This document shows positions 33,701 to 50,900 of a DNA stretch of 64,000 bases, piece after piece. The translations under genes were made by a program, and so were the position numbers. The stretch is from contig OZ024743.1 of NCBI GenBank assembly GCA_964016885.1, positions 353,958,001 through 354,022,000 of the forward strand, read 5' to 3'. A model generated the notes under the pieces. That model searched no databases. It worked only from the letters and a program-made list of their open reading frames with translations, and was not told the origin of the DNA. Every line of letters starts with the position of its first letter. Position 1 is the stretch's first letter. Origin of the DNA: Eledone cirrhosa (taxonomy: Eukaryota).

Positions 33701-36700
33701 CACAACTAACAACACCCAACAGATCACCATTACAATCACTAACAACACACAAGAGACCACCAATACAACCGCTAACAGCACCAACAGACCACCAATACAA
33801 CCATTACCAACACCAACAGACCACCATTACAACCACTAACAAAACCAACAGAGCACCATTACAACCACTACCAACACCAACAGACCACCATTGCAACCAC
33901 TACCAACACCAACAGACCATGATTACAACCATTACGAACACCAACAGACCACCATTACAACAACTAACAAAACCACCAGACCACCATTACAACCATTAAC
34001 AACACCAACAGACCACCAATAGAACACTACCAACACCAACCGACCAACAATACAACCACTAACAACACCAACAGACCACCATTGCAACCACTACCAACAC
34101 CAACAGACCACCATTACAACAATTACCAACACCAACAGACCACCATTACAACAACTAACAACACCAACAGACCACCATTACAACCACCAACAACACTAAC
34201 AGACCACCATTACAACCACTAACAACACCAACAGACCACCATTACAACCACTACCAACACCAACAGCCCACCATTACAACCACTACCAACACCAACAAAC
34301 CACCATTACAACCACCAACACAACCAACAGACCACCAATAGAACCACTAACAACACCAACAGACCACCATTACAACCACTACCAACACCAACAGACCTCC
34401 ATTACAACCACCACCACCATCTACAGACCACCAATAGAACAACTAACAACACCAACAGACCACCAATACAACCACTACCAACACCAACAGACCACCATTA
34501 CAACCACTACCAACACCAACTGACCACCATTACAACCACCACCACCACCAACAGAACACCATTACAACCACTAACATACCCAACAGACCACCATTACAAC
34601 CACAAACAACACCAACATACCACCATTACTACCACTAACAACACCACCAGACCACCATTACAACCACTACCAACACCAACAGCCCACCATTACAACCACT
34701 ACCAACACCAACAGACCACCATTACAACCACCAACACCACCAAAAGACCACCAATAGTACCACTAACAACACCAACAGACCACCATTAAAACCACTACCA
34801 ACATCAACAGACCAACATTACAACCACCACCACCACCACCAACAGACCACCAATACAACCACTAACGACACCAGCAGACCACCAATACAACCACTAACAA
34901 CACCAACAGACCAGCATTACAACACTAACAACACCAACAGACCACCATTACAACCACTAACAACACCAACAGACCACCATTACAACCACTAACAACACCA
35001 ACAGACCAGCATTACAACACTAACAACACCAAAAGACCACCATTACAACCAATAACAACACCAACAGACCACCATTACAACCACTAACAACACCAATAGA
35101 CCACCAATAGCAGCACTAACAACACCATTAGACCACCATTAAAACCACTAACATCACCAACAGACCACCAATACAACCACTAACAACACCAACAGACTAC
35201 CAATACAATCACTAACAACACCAACAGACCACCATTACAACCACTACCAACACCAAGAGACCTCCATTACAACCACCACCACCATCTACAGACCACCAAT
35301 AGAATAACTAACAACAACAACAGACCACCATTACAACCACTAACAACACCAACAGACCACCAATACAACCACTACCAACACCAACAGACCACCATTACAA
35401 CCACAAACAACACCAACAGACCAGCATTACAACCACTAACAACACCAACAGACCACCATTACAACCACCAACACCACCAACAGACCACCAATAGAACCAC
35501 TAACAACACCAACAGACCACCATTACAACCACTAACAACACCAACAGACCAGCATTACAACACTCACAACACCAACAGACCACCATTACAACCACTAACA
35601 ACACCAACAGACCACCATTACAACCACTAACAACACCAATAGACCACCATTACCAGCACTAACAACACCAACAGACCACCATTACAATCACTAATAACAC
35701 CAACAGACCACCATTACAACCACTAACAACACCAACAACCAGCATTACAACACTAACAACACCAACAGACAACCATTACAACCACTAACAACACCAACAG
35801 ACCACCATTACAACCACTAACAACACCAACAGACCAGCATTACAACACTAACAACACCAACAGACCACCATTACAACCACTAACAACACCAACAGACCAC
35901 CATTACAACCACTAACAACACCAATAGACCACCAAAACCAGCACTAACAACACCAACAGACCACCATTACAACCACTAACAACACCAATAGACCACCAAT
36001 ACCACCACTAACAACACCAACAGACCACCAATACAACCACTAACAACACCAACAGACTACCAATACAATCACTAACAACACCAACAGACCACCATTACAA
36101 CCACTACCAACACCAACAGACCTCCATTACAACCACCACCACCATCTACAGACCACCAATAGAACAACTAACAACACCAACAGACCACCAATACAACCAC
36201 TACCAACACCAACAGACCACCATTACAACCACTACCAACACCAACTGACCACCATTACAACCACCACCACCACCAACAGAACACCATTACAACCACTAAC
36301 ATACCCAACAGACCACCATTACAACCACAAACAACACCAACATACCACCATTACAACCACTAACAACACCACCAGACCACCATTACAACCACTACCAACA
36401 CCAACAGCCCACCATTACAACCACTACCAACACCAACAGACCACAATTACAACCACTACCAACACCAACTGACCACCATTACAACCACCACCACCACCAA
36501 CAAAACACCATTACAACCACTAACATACCCAAAAGACCACCATTACAACCACAAACAACACCAACAGACCACCATTACAACCACTAGCAACACCAACAGA
36601 CCACCATTACAACGACTAACAAAACCAACAGACCACCATTACAACCACTACCAACAATAACAGACCACCATTAAAACCACTAACAACACAAACAGACCAC

Positions 36701-37250
36701 CATTACAACCACTACCAACACCAACAGACGACCATTACAACCACTAACAACACCAACAGACCACCATTACAACAAACTACCAACACCAACAAACCACCAT
36801 TACAACCACTAGCAACAGACCAAAAATAGAACCATTAACAACACCAACAGACCATCAATACAACCACTAACAACACCAACAGACCACAATTACAACCACT
36901 ACCAACACCAACATACCACCATTACAACCACTACCAACACCAACAGACCACCATTACCACAACTAACAACACCCAACAGATCACCATTACAATCACTAAC
37001 AACACACAAGAGACCACCAATACAACCGCTAACAGCACCAACAGACCACCAATACAACCATTACCAACACCAACAGACCACCATTACAACCACTAACAAA
37101 ACCAACAGAGCACCATTACAACCACTACCAACACCAACAGACCACCATTGCAACCACTACCAACACCAACAGACCATGATTACAACCATTACGAACACCA
37201 ACAGACCACCATTACAACAACTAACAAAACCACCAGACCACCATTACAAC
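30721..37250. repeat. Higher-order tandem duplication, period 3257 bp (about 30721-33977 and 33978-37234)
   Basis: Rare variants recur at +3257: TAGTACC at 31498/34755 and CATGATTACAACCATTACGAAC at 33918/37175. Confidence 0.93.
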
Positions 37251-37499
37251 CACTAACAACACCAACAGACCACCATTGCAACCACTACCAACACCAACAG
37301 ACCACCATTACAACAATTACCAACACCAACAGACCACCATTACAACAACTAACAACACCAACAACACCAACAGACCACCATTACAACCACTAACAACACC
37401 AACAGACCACCATTACAACCACTACCAACACCAACAGCCCACCATTACAACCACTACCAACACCAACAGACCACCATTACAACCACCAACACAACCAAC

Positions 37500-37916
37500 A
37501 GACCACCAATAGAACCACTAACAACACCAACAGACCACCATTACAACCACTACCAACATCAACAGACCAACATTACAACCACCACCACAACACCAACAGA
37601 CCAACCATTACAACAACTACCAACACCTACAGACCACCATTACAACCACTAACACCACCAACACCAACAGACCTCCATTACAACCACCACCACCATCTAC
37701 AGACCACCAATAGAACCACTAACAACACCAACAGACCACCATTACAACCACTACCAACATCAACAGACCAACATTACAACCACCACCACAACACCAACAG
37801 ACCAACCATTACAACAACTACCAACACCTACAGACCACCATTACAACCACTAACACCACCAACACCAACAGACCTCCATTACAACCACCACCACCATCTA
37901 CAGACCACCAATAGAA
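37500..37916. repeat. Local tandem duplication of a 6-monomer, 201-bp block
   Basis: TAGAAC at 37510, 37711 and 37912, with the same ordered variants between them (CATCAAC, GACCAACCATT, CACCTAC, CCATCTAC). Confidence 0.85.
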
Positions 37917-40900
37917 CAACTAACAACACCAACAGACCACCAATACAACCACTACCAACACCAACAGACCACCATTACAACCACTACCAACACCAACTGA
38001 CCACCATTACAACCACCACCACCACCAACAGAACACCATTACAACCACTACCAACACCAACAGACCTCCATTACAACCACCACCACCATCTACAGACCAC
38101 CAATAGAACAACTAACAACACCAACAGACCACCAATACAACCACTACCAACACCAACTGACCACCATTACAACCACCACCACCACCAACAGAACACCATT
38201 ACAACCACTAACATACCCAACAGACCACCATTACAACCACAAACAACACCAACATACCACCATTACAACCACTAACAACACCACCAGACCACCATTACAA
38301 CCACTACCAACACCAACAGCCCACCATTACAACCACTACCAACACCAACAGACCACCATTACAACCACCAACACCACCAAAAGACCACCAATAGAACCAC
38401 TAACAACACCAACAGACCACCATTAAAACCACTACCAACATCAACAGACCAACATTACAACCACCACCACCACCAACAGACCACCAATACAACCACTAAC
38501 GACACCAGCAGACCACCAATACAACCACTAACAACACCAACAGACCAGCATTACAACACTAACAACACGAACAGACCACCATTACAACCACTAACAACAC
38601 CAACAGACCACCATTACAACCACTAACAACACCAACAGACCAGCAATACAACACTAACAACACCAACATACCACCATTACAACCAATAACAACACCAACA
38701 GACCACCATTACAACCACTAACAACACCAATAGACCACCAATACCAGCACTAACAACACCATTAGACCACAATTAAAACCACTAACATCACCAACAGACC
38801 ACCATTACAACCACTAACAACACCAACAGACCACCAATACAACCACTACCAACACCAACAGACCACCATTACAACCACAAACAACACCAACAGACCAGCA
38901 TTACAACCACTAACAACACCAACAGACCACCATTACAACCACCAACACCACCAACAGACCACCAATAGAACCACTAACAACACCAACAGACCACCATTAC
39001 AACCACAAACAACACCAACAGACCAGCATTACAACACTCACAACACCAACAGACCATCATTACAACCACTAACAACACCAACAGACCACCATTACAATCA
39101 CTAATAACACCAACAGACCACCATTACAACCACTAACAACACCAACAACCAGCATTACAACACTAACAACACCAACTGACAACCATTACAACCACTAACA
39201 ACACCAACAGACCACCATTACAACCACTAACAACACCAACAGACCAGCATTACAACACTAACAACACCAACAGACCACCATTACAACCACTAACAACACC
39301 AACAGACCACCATTACAACCACTAACAACACCAATAGACCACCAATACCAGCACTAACAACACCAACAGACCACCAATACAACCACTAACAACACCAACA
39401 GACTACCAATACAATCACTAACAACACCAACAGACCACCATTACAACCACTACCAACACCAACAGACCTCCATTACAACCACCACCACCATCTACAGACC
39501 ACCAATAGAACAACTAACAACACCAACAGACCACCAATACAACCACTACCAACACCAACAGACCACCATTACAACCACTACCAACACCAACTGACCACGA
39601 TTACAACAACCACCACCACTAACAGAGTACCATTACAACCACTAACATACCCAACAGACCACCATTACAACCACAAACAACACCAACATACCACCATTAC
39701 AACCACTAACTACACCACCAGACCACCATTACAACCACTACCAACACCAACAGCCCACCATTACAACCACTACCAACACCAACAGACCACCATTACAACC
39801 ACTACCAACACCAACTGACCACCATTACAACCACCACCACCACCAACAAAACACCATTACAACCACTAACATACCCAACAGACCACCATTACAACCACAA
39901 ACAACACCAACAGACCACCATTACAAACACTAACAACACCAACAGACCACCATTACAACCACTACCAACACCAACAGCCCACCATTACAACCACTACCAA
40001 CACCAACAGACCACCATTACAACCACCAACACAACCAACAGACCACCAATAGAACCACTAACAACACCAACAGACCACCATTACAACCACTACCAACATC
40101 AACAGGCCAACATTACAACCACCACCACAACACCAACAGACCAACCATTACAACAACTACCAACACCTACAGACCACCATTACAACCACTAACAACACCA
40201 ACAGACAACCATTACAACCACTAACACCACCAACACCAACATACCTCCATTACATCTACCACCACCATCTACAGACCACCAATAGAACAACTAACAACAC
40301 CAACAGACCACCAATACAACCACTACCAACACCAACAGACCACCATTACAACCACTACCAACACCAACTGACCACCATTACAACCACCACCACCACCAAC
40401 AGAACACCATTACAACCACTACCAACACCAACAGACCTCCATTACAACCACCACCACCATCTACAGACCACCAATAGAACAACTAACAACACCAACAGAC
40501 CACCAATACAACCACTACCAACACCAACAGACCACCATTACAACCACTACCAACACCAACTGACCACCATTACAACCACCACCACCACCAACAGAACACC
40601 ATTACAACCACTAACATACCCAACAGACCACCATTACAACCACAAACAACACCAACATACCACCATTACAACCACTAACAACACCACCAGACCACCATTA
40701 CAACCACTACCAACACCAACAGCCCACCATTACAACCACTACCAACACCAACAGACCACCATTACAACCACCAACACCACCAAAAGACCCCCAATAGAAC
40801 CACTAACAACACCAACAGACCACCATTAAAACCACTACCAACATCAACAGACCAACATTACAACCACCACCAACAGACCACCAATACAACCACTAACGAC

Positions 40901-42971
40901 ACCAGCAGACCACCAATACAACCACTAATAACACCAACAGACCACCATTAGAACCACTTCCAACACCAACAGACAACCATTACAACCACTAAAAACTCCC
41001 AAGAGACCACCAATACAACCACTAACAACACCAACAGACCACTAATACAACCTCTAACAACACCAACAGACCACCATTACAACCACTAACAACACCCAAC
41101 ACTCCACCATTACAACCACTACCAACAAAAACAGACCACCAATACAACCACTAACAACACCAACAGACCACCAATAGAACCACTACCAACACCAACAGAC
41201 CACCAATACAACAACTAACAACACCAACAGACCACCAATATAACCACTAACAACACCAATAAACCACCATTACCACCACCAACAACACCCAACACTCCAC
41301 CATTACAACCACTACCAACAAAAACAGACCACCAATACAACCACTAACAACACCAACAGACCACCAATACAACAACTAACAACACCAACAGACCACCAAT
41401 ACAACCACTAACAACACCAACAGACAACCATTACAACCACTACCAACACCAAGAGACCACCATTACAACCACTAATAACACCCAACACACCACCAATACA
41501 ACCACTAACAACACCAACAGACCACCATTACAACCACTAACAACACCAACAGATCACCATTACAACCACCAGCACCACCAACAGACCACCGATAGAACCA
41601 CTAACACCACCACCAGACCACCATTAAAACCACCACCACCACCAACAGACCACCAATAGAACCACTACCAACACCAACAGACCAGCATTACAACCACTAA
41701 CAACACCAATAGACCACCATTACCACCACTAACATCACCAACAGACCACCATTACAACCACTACCAACACCAATAAACCACCATTACCACCATTAACAAC
41801 ACCCAACAGACCACCAATACAAACACTAACAACACCAACAGTCCACCAATACGACGACCACCACCACCAACAGACCAAAAATAGAACCACTAACAACACC
41901 AACAGACCACGCTTACAACCACCACCACCACCAACAGACCACCAATAGAACCACTACCAACACCTACAGACCACCATTACAACCACTAACAACACCAACA
42001 GACCACCATTACAACCATTAACAACACCAACAAACCACCATTACAACCACTAACAACACCAACAGACCACCATTACAACCACTACCAACACCAACAGACC
42101 ACCAATACAACCACTAACAACACCAACAGACCACCATTTCAACAGCTAACAACACCAACAGACCACCATTACAACCAATAACAACACCAACAGACCACCA
42201 TTACAACCACTAACATCACCAACAGACCACCAATACAACCACTAACAACACCAACAGACTACCAATACAATCACTAATAACACCAACAGACCACAATTAC
42301 AACCACTACCAACACCAAGAGACCTCCATTACAACCACAAAAAACACCAACAGACCACCATTACAACTACTACCAACACCAACAGCCCACCATTACAACC
42401 ACTACCAACACCAACAGACCACCATTACAACCACTACCAACACCAACAGACCACCAATAGAACCACTACCAACACCTACGGACCACCATTACAACCACTA
42501 ACAACACCAACAGACCAGCATTACAACACTCACAACACCAACAGACCACCATTACAACCACTAACAACACCAACAGACCACCATTACAACCACTACCAAC
42601 ACCTACAGACCACCATTACAACCACTAACAACACCAACAGACCACCATTACAACCACTAACAACACCAACAGACCACCATTACAACCACTAACAACACCA
42701 ACAGACCAGCATTACAACACTAACAACACCAACAGAACACCATTACAACCACTACCAACAAGAGACCTCCATTACAACCACCACCACCATCTACAGACCA
42801 CCAATAGAACAACTAACAACACCAACAGACGACCATTACAACCACTAACAATACCAACAGACCACCATTACAACCACTACCAACACCTACAGACCACCAT
42901 TACAACCACTAACAACACCAACAGACCACCATTACAACCACTAACACCACCAACAGACCAGCATTACAACA

Positions 42972-45900
42972 CTAACAACACCAACAGACCACCATTACAA
43001 CCACTAACAACACCAATAGACCACCAATACTAGCACTAACAACACCAACAGACCACCATTACAACCACTAACATCACCAACAGACCACCAATACAACCAC
43101 TAACAACACCAACAGACTACCAATACAATCACTAACAACACCAACAGACTACCATTACAACCACCACCACCATCTACAGACCACCAATAGAACAACTAAC
43201 AACACCAACAGACCACCAATACAACCACTACCAACACCAACAGACCACCATTACAACCACTACCAACACCAACTGACCACCATTACAACCACCACCACCA
43301 CCAACAAAACACCATTACAACCACTAACATACCCAACAGACCACCATTACAATCACAAACAACACCAACAGACCACCATTACAACCACTAACAACACCAA
43401 CAGACCACCATTACAACCACTACCAACACCAACAGCCCACCATTACAACCACTACCAACACCAACAGACCACCATTACAACCACCAACACAACCAACAGA
43501 CCACCAATAGAACCACTAACAACACCAACAGACCACCATTACAACCACAACCAACATCAACAGACCAACATTACAACCGCCACCACCACCAACAGACCAC
43601 CAATACAACCACTAACGACACCAGCAGACCACCAATACAACCACTAACAACACCAACAGACCACCATTAGAACCACTTCGAACACCAACAGACAACCATT
43701 ACAACCACTAACAACTCCCAAGAGACCACCAATACAACCACTAACAACACCAGCAGACCACCAATACATCCTCTAACAACACCAACAGACCACCATTACA
43801 ACCACTAACAACACCCAACACTCCACCATTACAACCACTACCAACAAAAACAGACCACCAATACAACCACTAACAACACCAACAGACCACCAATAGAACC
43901 ACTACCAACACCAACAGACCACCAATACAACAACTAACAACACCAACAGACCACCAATATAACCACTAACAACACCAATAAACCACCATTACCACCACTA
44001 ACGACACCAACAGACCACCATTACAACCACTAACAACGCCAACAGACCACCATCACCACCATTAACAACACCCAACAGACCACCAATACAAACACTAACA
44101 ACACCAACAGTCCACCAATACGACGACCACCACCACCAACAGACCAAAAATAGAACCACTAACAACACCAACAGACCACGCTTACAACCACCACCACCAC
44201 CAACAGACCACCAATAGAACCACTACCAACACCTACAGACCACCATTACAACCACTAACAACACCAACAGACCACCATTACAACCATTAACAACACCAAC
44301 AAACCACCATTACAACCACTAACAACACCAACAGACCACCATTACAACCACTACCAACACCAACAGACCACCATTACAACCACTAACAACACCAACAGAC
44401 CACCATTACAACCATTAACAACACCAACAAACCACCATTACAACCACTAACAACACCAACAGACCACCATTACAACCACTACCAACACCAACAGACCACC
44501 AATACAACCACTAACAACACCAACAGACCACCATTTCAACAGCTAACAGCACCAACAGACCACCAATAGACCACCAATACCAGCACTAACAACACCAACA
44601 GAGCACCATTACAACCACTAACAACACCAACAGACCACCATTACAACCAATAACAACACCAACAGACCACCATTACAACCACTAACAACACCAATAGACC
44701 ACCAAAACCAGCACTAACAACACCAACAGACCACCATTAAAACCACTAACATCACCAACAAACCACCAATACAACCACTAACAACACCAACAGACTACCA
44801 ATACAATCACTAAAAACACCAACTGACCACCATTACAACCACTACCAACACCAAGAGACCTCCATTACAACCACTACCACCATCTACAGACCACCAATAG
44901 AATAACTAACAAAACCAACTGTCCACCATTAAAACCATCACCACCACCAACAGAACACCATTACAACCACTAACATACCCAACAGACCACCATTACAACC
45001 ACAAACAACACCAACAGACCACCATTACAACCACTACCAACACCAACAGACCACAATTACAACCACCAACACCACCAACAGACCACCAATAGAACCACTA
45101 ACAACACCAACAGACCACCATTACAACCACTACCAACACCTACAGACCACCAATAGCACCACTACCAACACCTACAGACCACCATTACAACCACTAACAA
45201 CACAAACAGACCACCATTACAACCACTAACAACACCAACAGACCACCATTACAACCACTAACAACACCAACAGACCAGCATTACAACACTAACAACACCA
45301 ACAGACCACCATTACAAGCACTAACAACACCAACAGACCACCATTACAACCACTAACAACACCAACAGACCAGCATTACAACACTAACAACACCAAGAGA
45401 CCACCATTACAACCACTAACAACACCAACAGACCACCATTACAACCACTAACAACACCAATAGACCACCAATACTAGCACTAACAACACCAACAGACCAC
45501 CATTACAACCACTAACATCACCAACAGACCACCAATACAACCACTAACAACACCAACAGACTACCAATACAATCACTAACAACACCAACAGACTACCATT
45601 ACAACCACCACCACCATCTACAGACCACCAATAGAACAACTAACAACACCAACAGACCACCAATACAACCACTACCAACACCAACAGACCACCATTACAA
45701 CCACTACCAACACCAACTGACCACCATTACAACCACCACCACCACCAACAAAACACCATTACAACCACTAACATACCCAACAGACCACCATTACAATCAC
45801 AAACAACACCAACAGACCACCATTACAACCACTAACAACACCAACAGACCACCATTACAACCACTACCAACACCAACAGCCCACCATTACAACCACTACC

Positions 45901-47990
45901 AACACCAACAGACCACCATTACAACCACCAACACAACCAACAGACCACCAATAGAACCACTAACAACACCAACAGACCACCATTACAACCACAACCAACA
46001 TCAACAGACCAACATTACAACCGCCACCACCACCAACAGACCACCAATACAACCACTAACGACACCAGCAGACCACCAATACAACCACTAACAACACCAA
46101 CAGACCACCATTAGAACCACTTCGAACACCAACAGACAACCATTACAACCACTAACAACTCCCAAGAGACCACCAATACAACCACTAACAACACCAGCAG
46201 ACCACCAATACATCCTCTAACAACACCAACAGACCACCATTACAACCACTAACAACACCCAACACTCCACCATTACAACCACTACCAACAAAAACAGACC
46301 ACCAATACAACCACTAACAACACCAACAGACCACCAATAGAACCACTACCAACACCAACAGACCACCAATACAACAACTAACAACACCAACAGACCACCA
46401 ATATAACCACTAACAACACCAATAAACCACCATTACCACCACTAACGACACCAACAGACCACCATTACAACCACTAACAACGCCAACAGACCACCATCAC
46501 CACCATTAACAACACCCAACAGACCACCAATACAAACACTAACAACACCAACAGTCCACCAATACGACGACCACCACCACCAACAGACCAAAAATAGAAC
46601 CACTAACAACACCAACAGACCACGCTTACAACCACCACCACCACCAACAGACCACCAATAGAACCACTACCAACACCTACAGACCACCATTACAACCACT
46701 AACAACACCAACAGACCACCATTACAACCATTAACAACACCAACAAACCACCATTACAACCACTAACAACACCAACAGACCACCATTACAACCACTACCA
46801 ACACCAACAGACCACCATTACAACCACTAACAACACCAACAGACCACCATTACAACCATTAACAACACCAACAAACCACCATTACAACCACTAACAACAC
46901 CAACAGACCACCATTACAACCACTACCAACACCAACAGACCACCAATACAACCACTAACAACACCAACAGACCACCATTTCAACAGCTAACAGCACCAAC
47001 AGACCACCAATAGACCACCAATACCAGCACTAACAACACCAACAGAGCACCATTACAACCACTAACAACACCAACAGACCACCATTACAACCAATAACAA
47101 CACCAACAGACCACCATTACAACCACTAACAACACCAATAGACCACCAAAACCAGCACTAACAACACCAACAGACCACCATTAAAACCACTAACATCACC
47201 AACAAACCACCAATACAACCACTAACAACACCAACAGACTACCAATACAATCACTAAAAACACCAACTGACCACCATTACAACCACTACCAACACCAAGA
47301 GACCTCCATTACAACCACTACCACCATCTACAGACCACCAATAGAATAACTAACAAAACCAACTGTCCACCATTAAAACCATCACCACCACCAACAGAAC
47401 ACCATTACAACCACTAACATACCCAACAGACCACCATTACAACCACAAACAACACCAACAGACCACCATTACAACCACTACCAACACCAACAGACCACAA
47501 TTACAACCACCAACACCACCAACAGACCACCAATAGAACCACTAACAACACCAACAGACCACCATTACAACCACTACCAACACCTACAGACCACCAATAG
47601 CACCACTACCAACACCTACAGACCACCATTACAACCACTAACAACACAAACAGACCACCATTACAACCACTAACAACACCAACAGACCACCATTACAACC
47701 ACTAACAACACCAACAGACCAGCATTACAACACTAACAACACCAACAGACCACCATTACAACCACTAACAACACCAACAGACCACCATTACAACCACTAA
47801 CAACACCAACAGACCAGCATTACAACACTAACAACACCAAGAGACCACCATTACTACCACTAACAACACCAACAGATCACCATTACAACCACTAACAACA
47901 CCAATAGACCACCAATACTAGCACTAACAACACCAACAGACCACCATTACAACCACTAACATCACCAACAGACCACCAATACAACCACTA
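42972..47990. repeat. Higher-order tandem duplication, period 2444 bp (about 42972-45415 and 45416-47859), followed by a diverged partial third copy to about 48830
   Basis: CTAGCAC at 43030/45474/47918 and TTCGAAC at 43677/46121. Confidence 0.93.
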
Positions 47991-50900
47991 CCAACAAGAG
48001 ACCTCCATTACAACCACCACCACCATCTACAGACCACCAATAGAACAACTAACAACACCAACAGACCACCAATACAACCACTACCAACACCAACAGACCA
48101 CCATTACAACCACTACCAACACCAACTGACCACCATTACAACCACCACCACCACCAACAAAACACCATTACAACCACTAACGTACCCAACAGACCACCAT
48201 TACAACCACAAACAACAACAACAGACCACTATTACAACCACTAACAACACCAACAGACCACCATTACAACCACTACCAACACCAACAGCCCACCATTACA
48301 ACCACTACCAACACCAACAGACCACCATTACAACCACCAACACAACCAACAGACCACCAATAGAACCACTAACAACACCAACAGACCACCATTACAACCA
48401 CTACCAACATCAACAGACCAACATTACAACGACCACCACCACCAACAGACCACCAATACAACAATTAACGACACCAGCAGACCACCAATACAACCACTAA
48501 CAACACCTACAGACCACCATTAGAACCACTTCCAACACCAACAGACAACCATTACAACCACTAACAACTCCCAAGAGATCACCAATACAACCACTAACAA
48601 CACCAACAGACCACCAATACAACCTATAACAACACAAACAGACCACCATTACAACCACTAACAACACCCAACACTCCACCATTACAACCACTACCAACAA
48701 AAACAGACCACCAATACAACCACTAACAACACCAACAGACCACCAATAGAACCACTACCAACACCAACAGACCACCAATACAACAACTAACAACACCAAC
48801 AGACCACCAATATAACCACTAACAACACCAACAGACCACCCTTACAACAACTACCAACACCAACAGACAACCATTACAACCACTACCAACACCAAGAGAC
48901 CACCATTACAACAACCACCACCACCAACAGACCACCAATAGAACCATTAACAACACCAACAGACCACCAATACAACCACTACCAACACCAACAGACCACC
49001 ATTACCACCACTAACAACACCAACAGACCATCATTACAACTACTAACAACACCCAACACACCACCAATACAACCACTAACAACACCAACAGACCACCATT
49101 ACAACCACTAATAACACCAACAGACCACCATTACAATCACTAACAACACCCAACACACCACCAATACAACCACTAACAACACCAACAGATCACCATTACA
49201 ATCACCATCACCACCAACAGACCACCGATAGAACCACTAACACCACCACCATACCACCATTAAAACCACCACCACCACCACCAACAGACAACCAATAGAA
49301 CCACTACCAACACCAACAGACCAGCATTACAACCTCTAACAACACCAATAGACCACCATTACCACCACTAACAACACCAACAGACCACCCTTACCACCAT
49401 TAACAACACCCAATAGACCACCAATACTAAGACTAACAACACCAACCGACCACGCTTACAACCACCACCACCACCAACAGACCACCAATAGAACCACTAC
49501 CAACACCTACAGACCACCATTACAACCACTAACAACACCAACAGACCACCATTACAACCATTAACAACACCACCAGACAACCATTACAACCACTAACAAC
49601 ACCAACAGACCACCATTACAACCACTACCAACACCAACAGACCACCAATACAACCACTAACAGCACCAACAGACCACTATTACAACCACTATCAATACCA
49701 ACAGACCACCATTACAACCACTACCAACACCAACAGACCACCATTACAACCACCACCACCACCAACAGACCACCAATAGAAACACTAACAACACCAACAG
49801 ACCACCATTACAACCACTACCAACACCAACAGACTAACATTACAACCACCACCACCACCAACTGACCACCAATACAACCACTAACAACACCAGCAGACCA
49901 CCAATACAACCACTAACAACACCAACAGACAACCATTACAACCACTAACAACTCGCAAGAGACCACCAATACAACCTCTAACAACACCAACAGATCACCA
50001 TTACAACCACTAACAACACCAGCAGACCACCAATACAACCACTAACACTACCAACAGACCACCATTACAACCACTACCAACACCAACAGACCAACATTAC
50101 AACCACTAACAACACCAACAGACCACCAATACAACCTCTAACAACACCTACAGACCACCATTAAAACCACTAACAACACCCAACACTCCACCATTACAAC
50201 CACTACCAACACCAACAGACCACCAATACAACCACTAACAACACCAACAGACCACCAATAGAACCACTACCAACACCAACAGACCACCAATACAACCACT
50301 AACAACACCAACAGACCACCAATAGAACCACTACCAACACCAACAGACCACCAATACAACAACTAACAACACCAACAGACCACCAATAGAACCACTAACA
50401 ACACCAACAGACCACCATTACAACAACTAACAACACCAACAGACAACCAATACAACCACTCGCAACATCAACAGACCACCCTTACAACCACTACCAACAC
50501 CAACAGACAACCATTACAACCACGAGCAACACCAAGAGACAACCATTACAACAACCACCACCACGAACAGACCACCAATAGAACCAGTAACAACACCAAC
50601 AGACCAGCATTACAACCACTAACAACACCAACAGAGCACCAATAGAACCACTAACAACACCAACAGACCACCATTACAACCACTACCAACACCTACAGAC
50701 CACTATTACAACCACTAACAAAACCAACAGACCACCATTAAAACCACTAACAACACCAACAGACCAGCATTACAACACTAACAACACCAACAGACCACCA
50801 TTACAACCACTAACAACACCAACAGACCACCAATACAACCACTAAAAACACCAACAGACCACCATTACAACCACTACCAACACCAACAGACCACCATTAC

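Noticed and set aside
5144-37512. Plus-strand Thr/Pro/His/Gln/Asn-rich ORFs resembling a mucin or adhesin
   Set aside because: The period of 32 is not a multiple of 3, TAA recurs every 96 bp in each frame, and 1-bp indels are frequent. The ORFs are 67-115 aa, arise only where TAAC is replaced by a variant, and many start at non-ATG codons.
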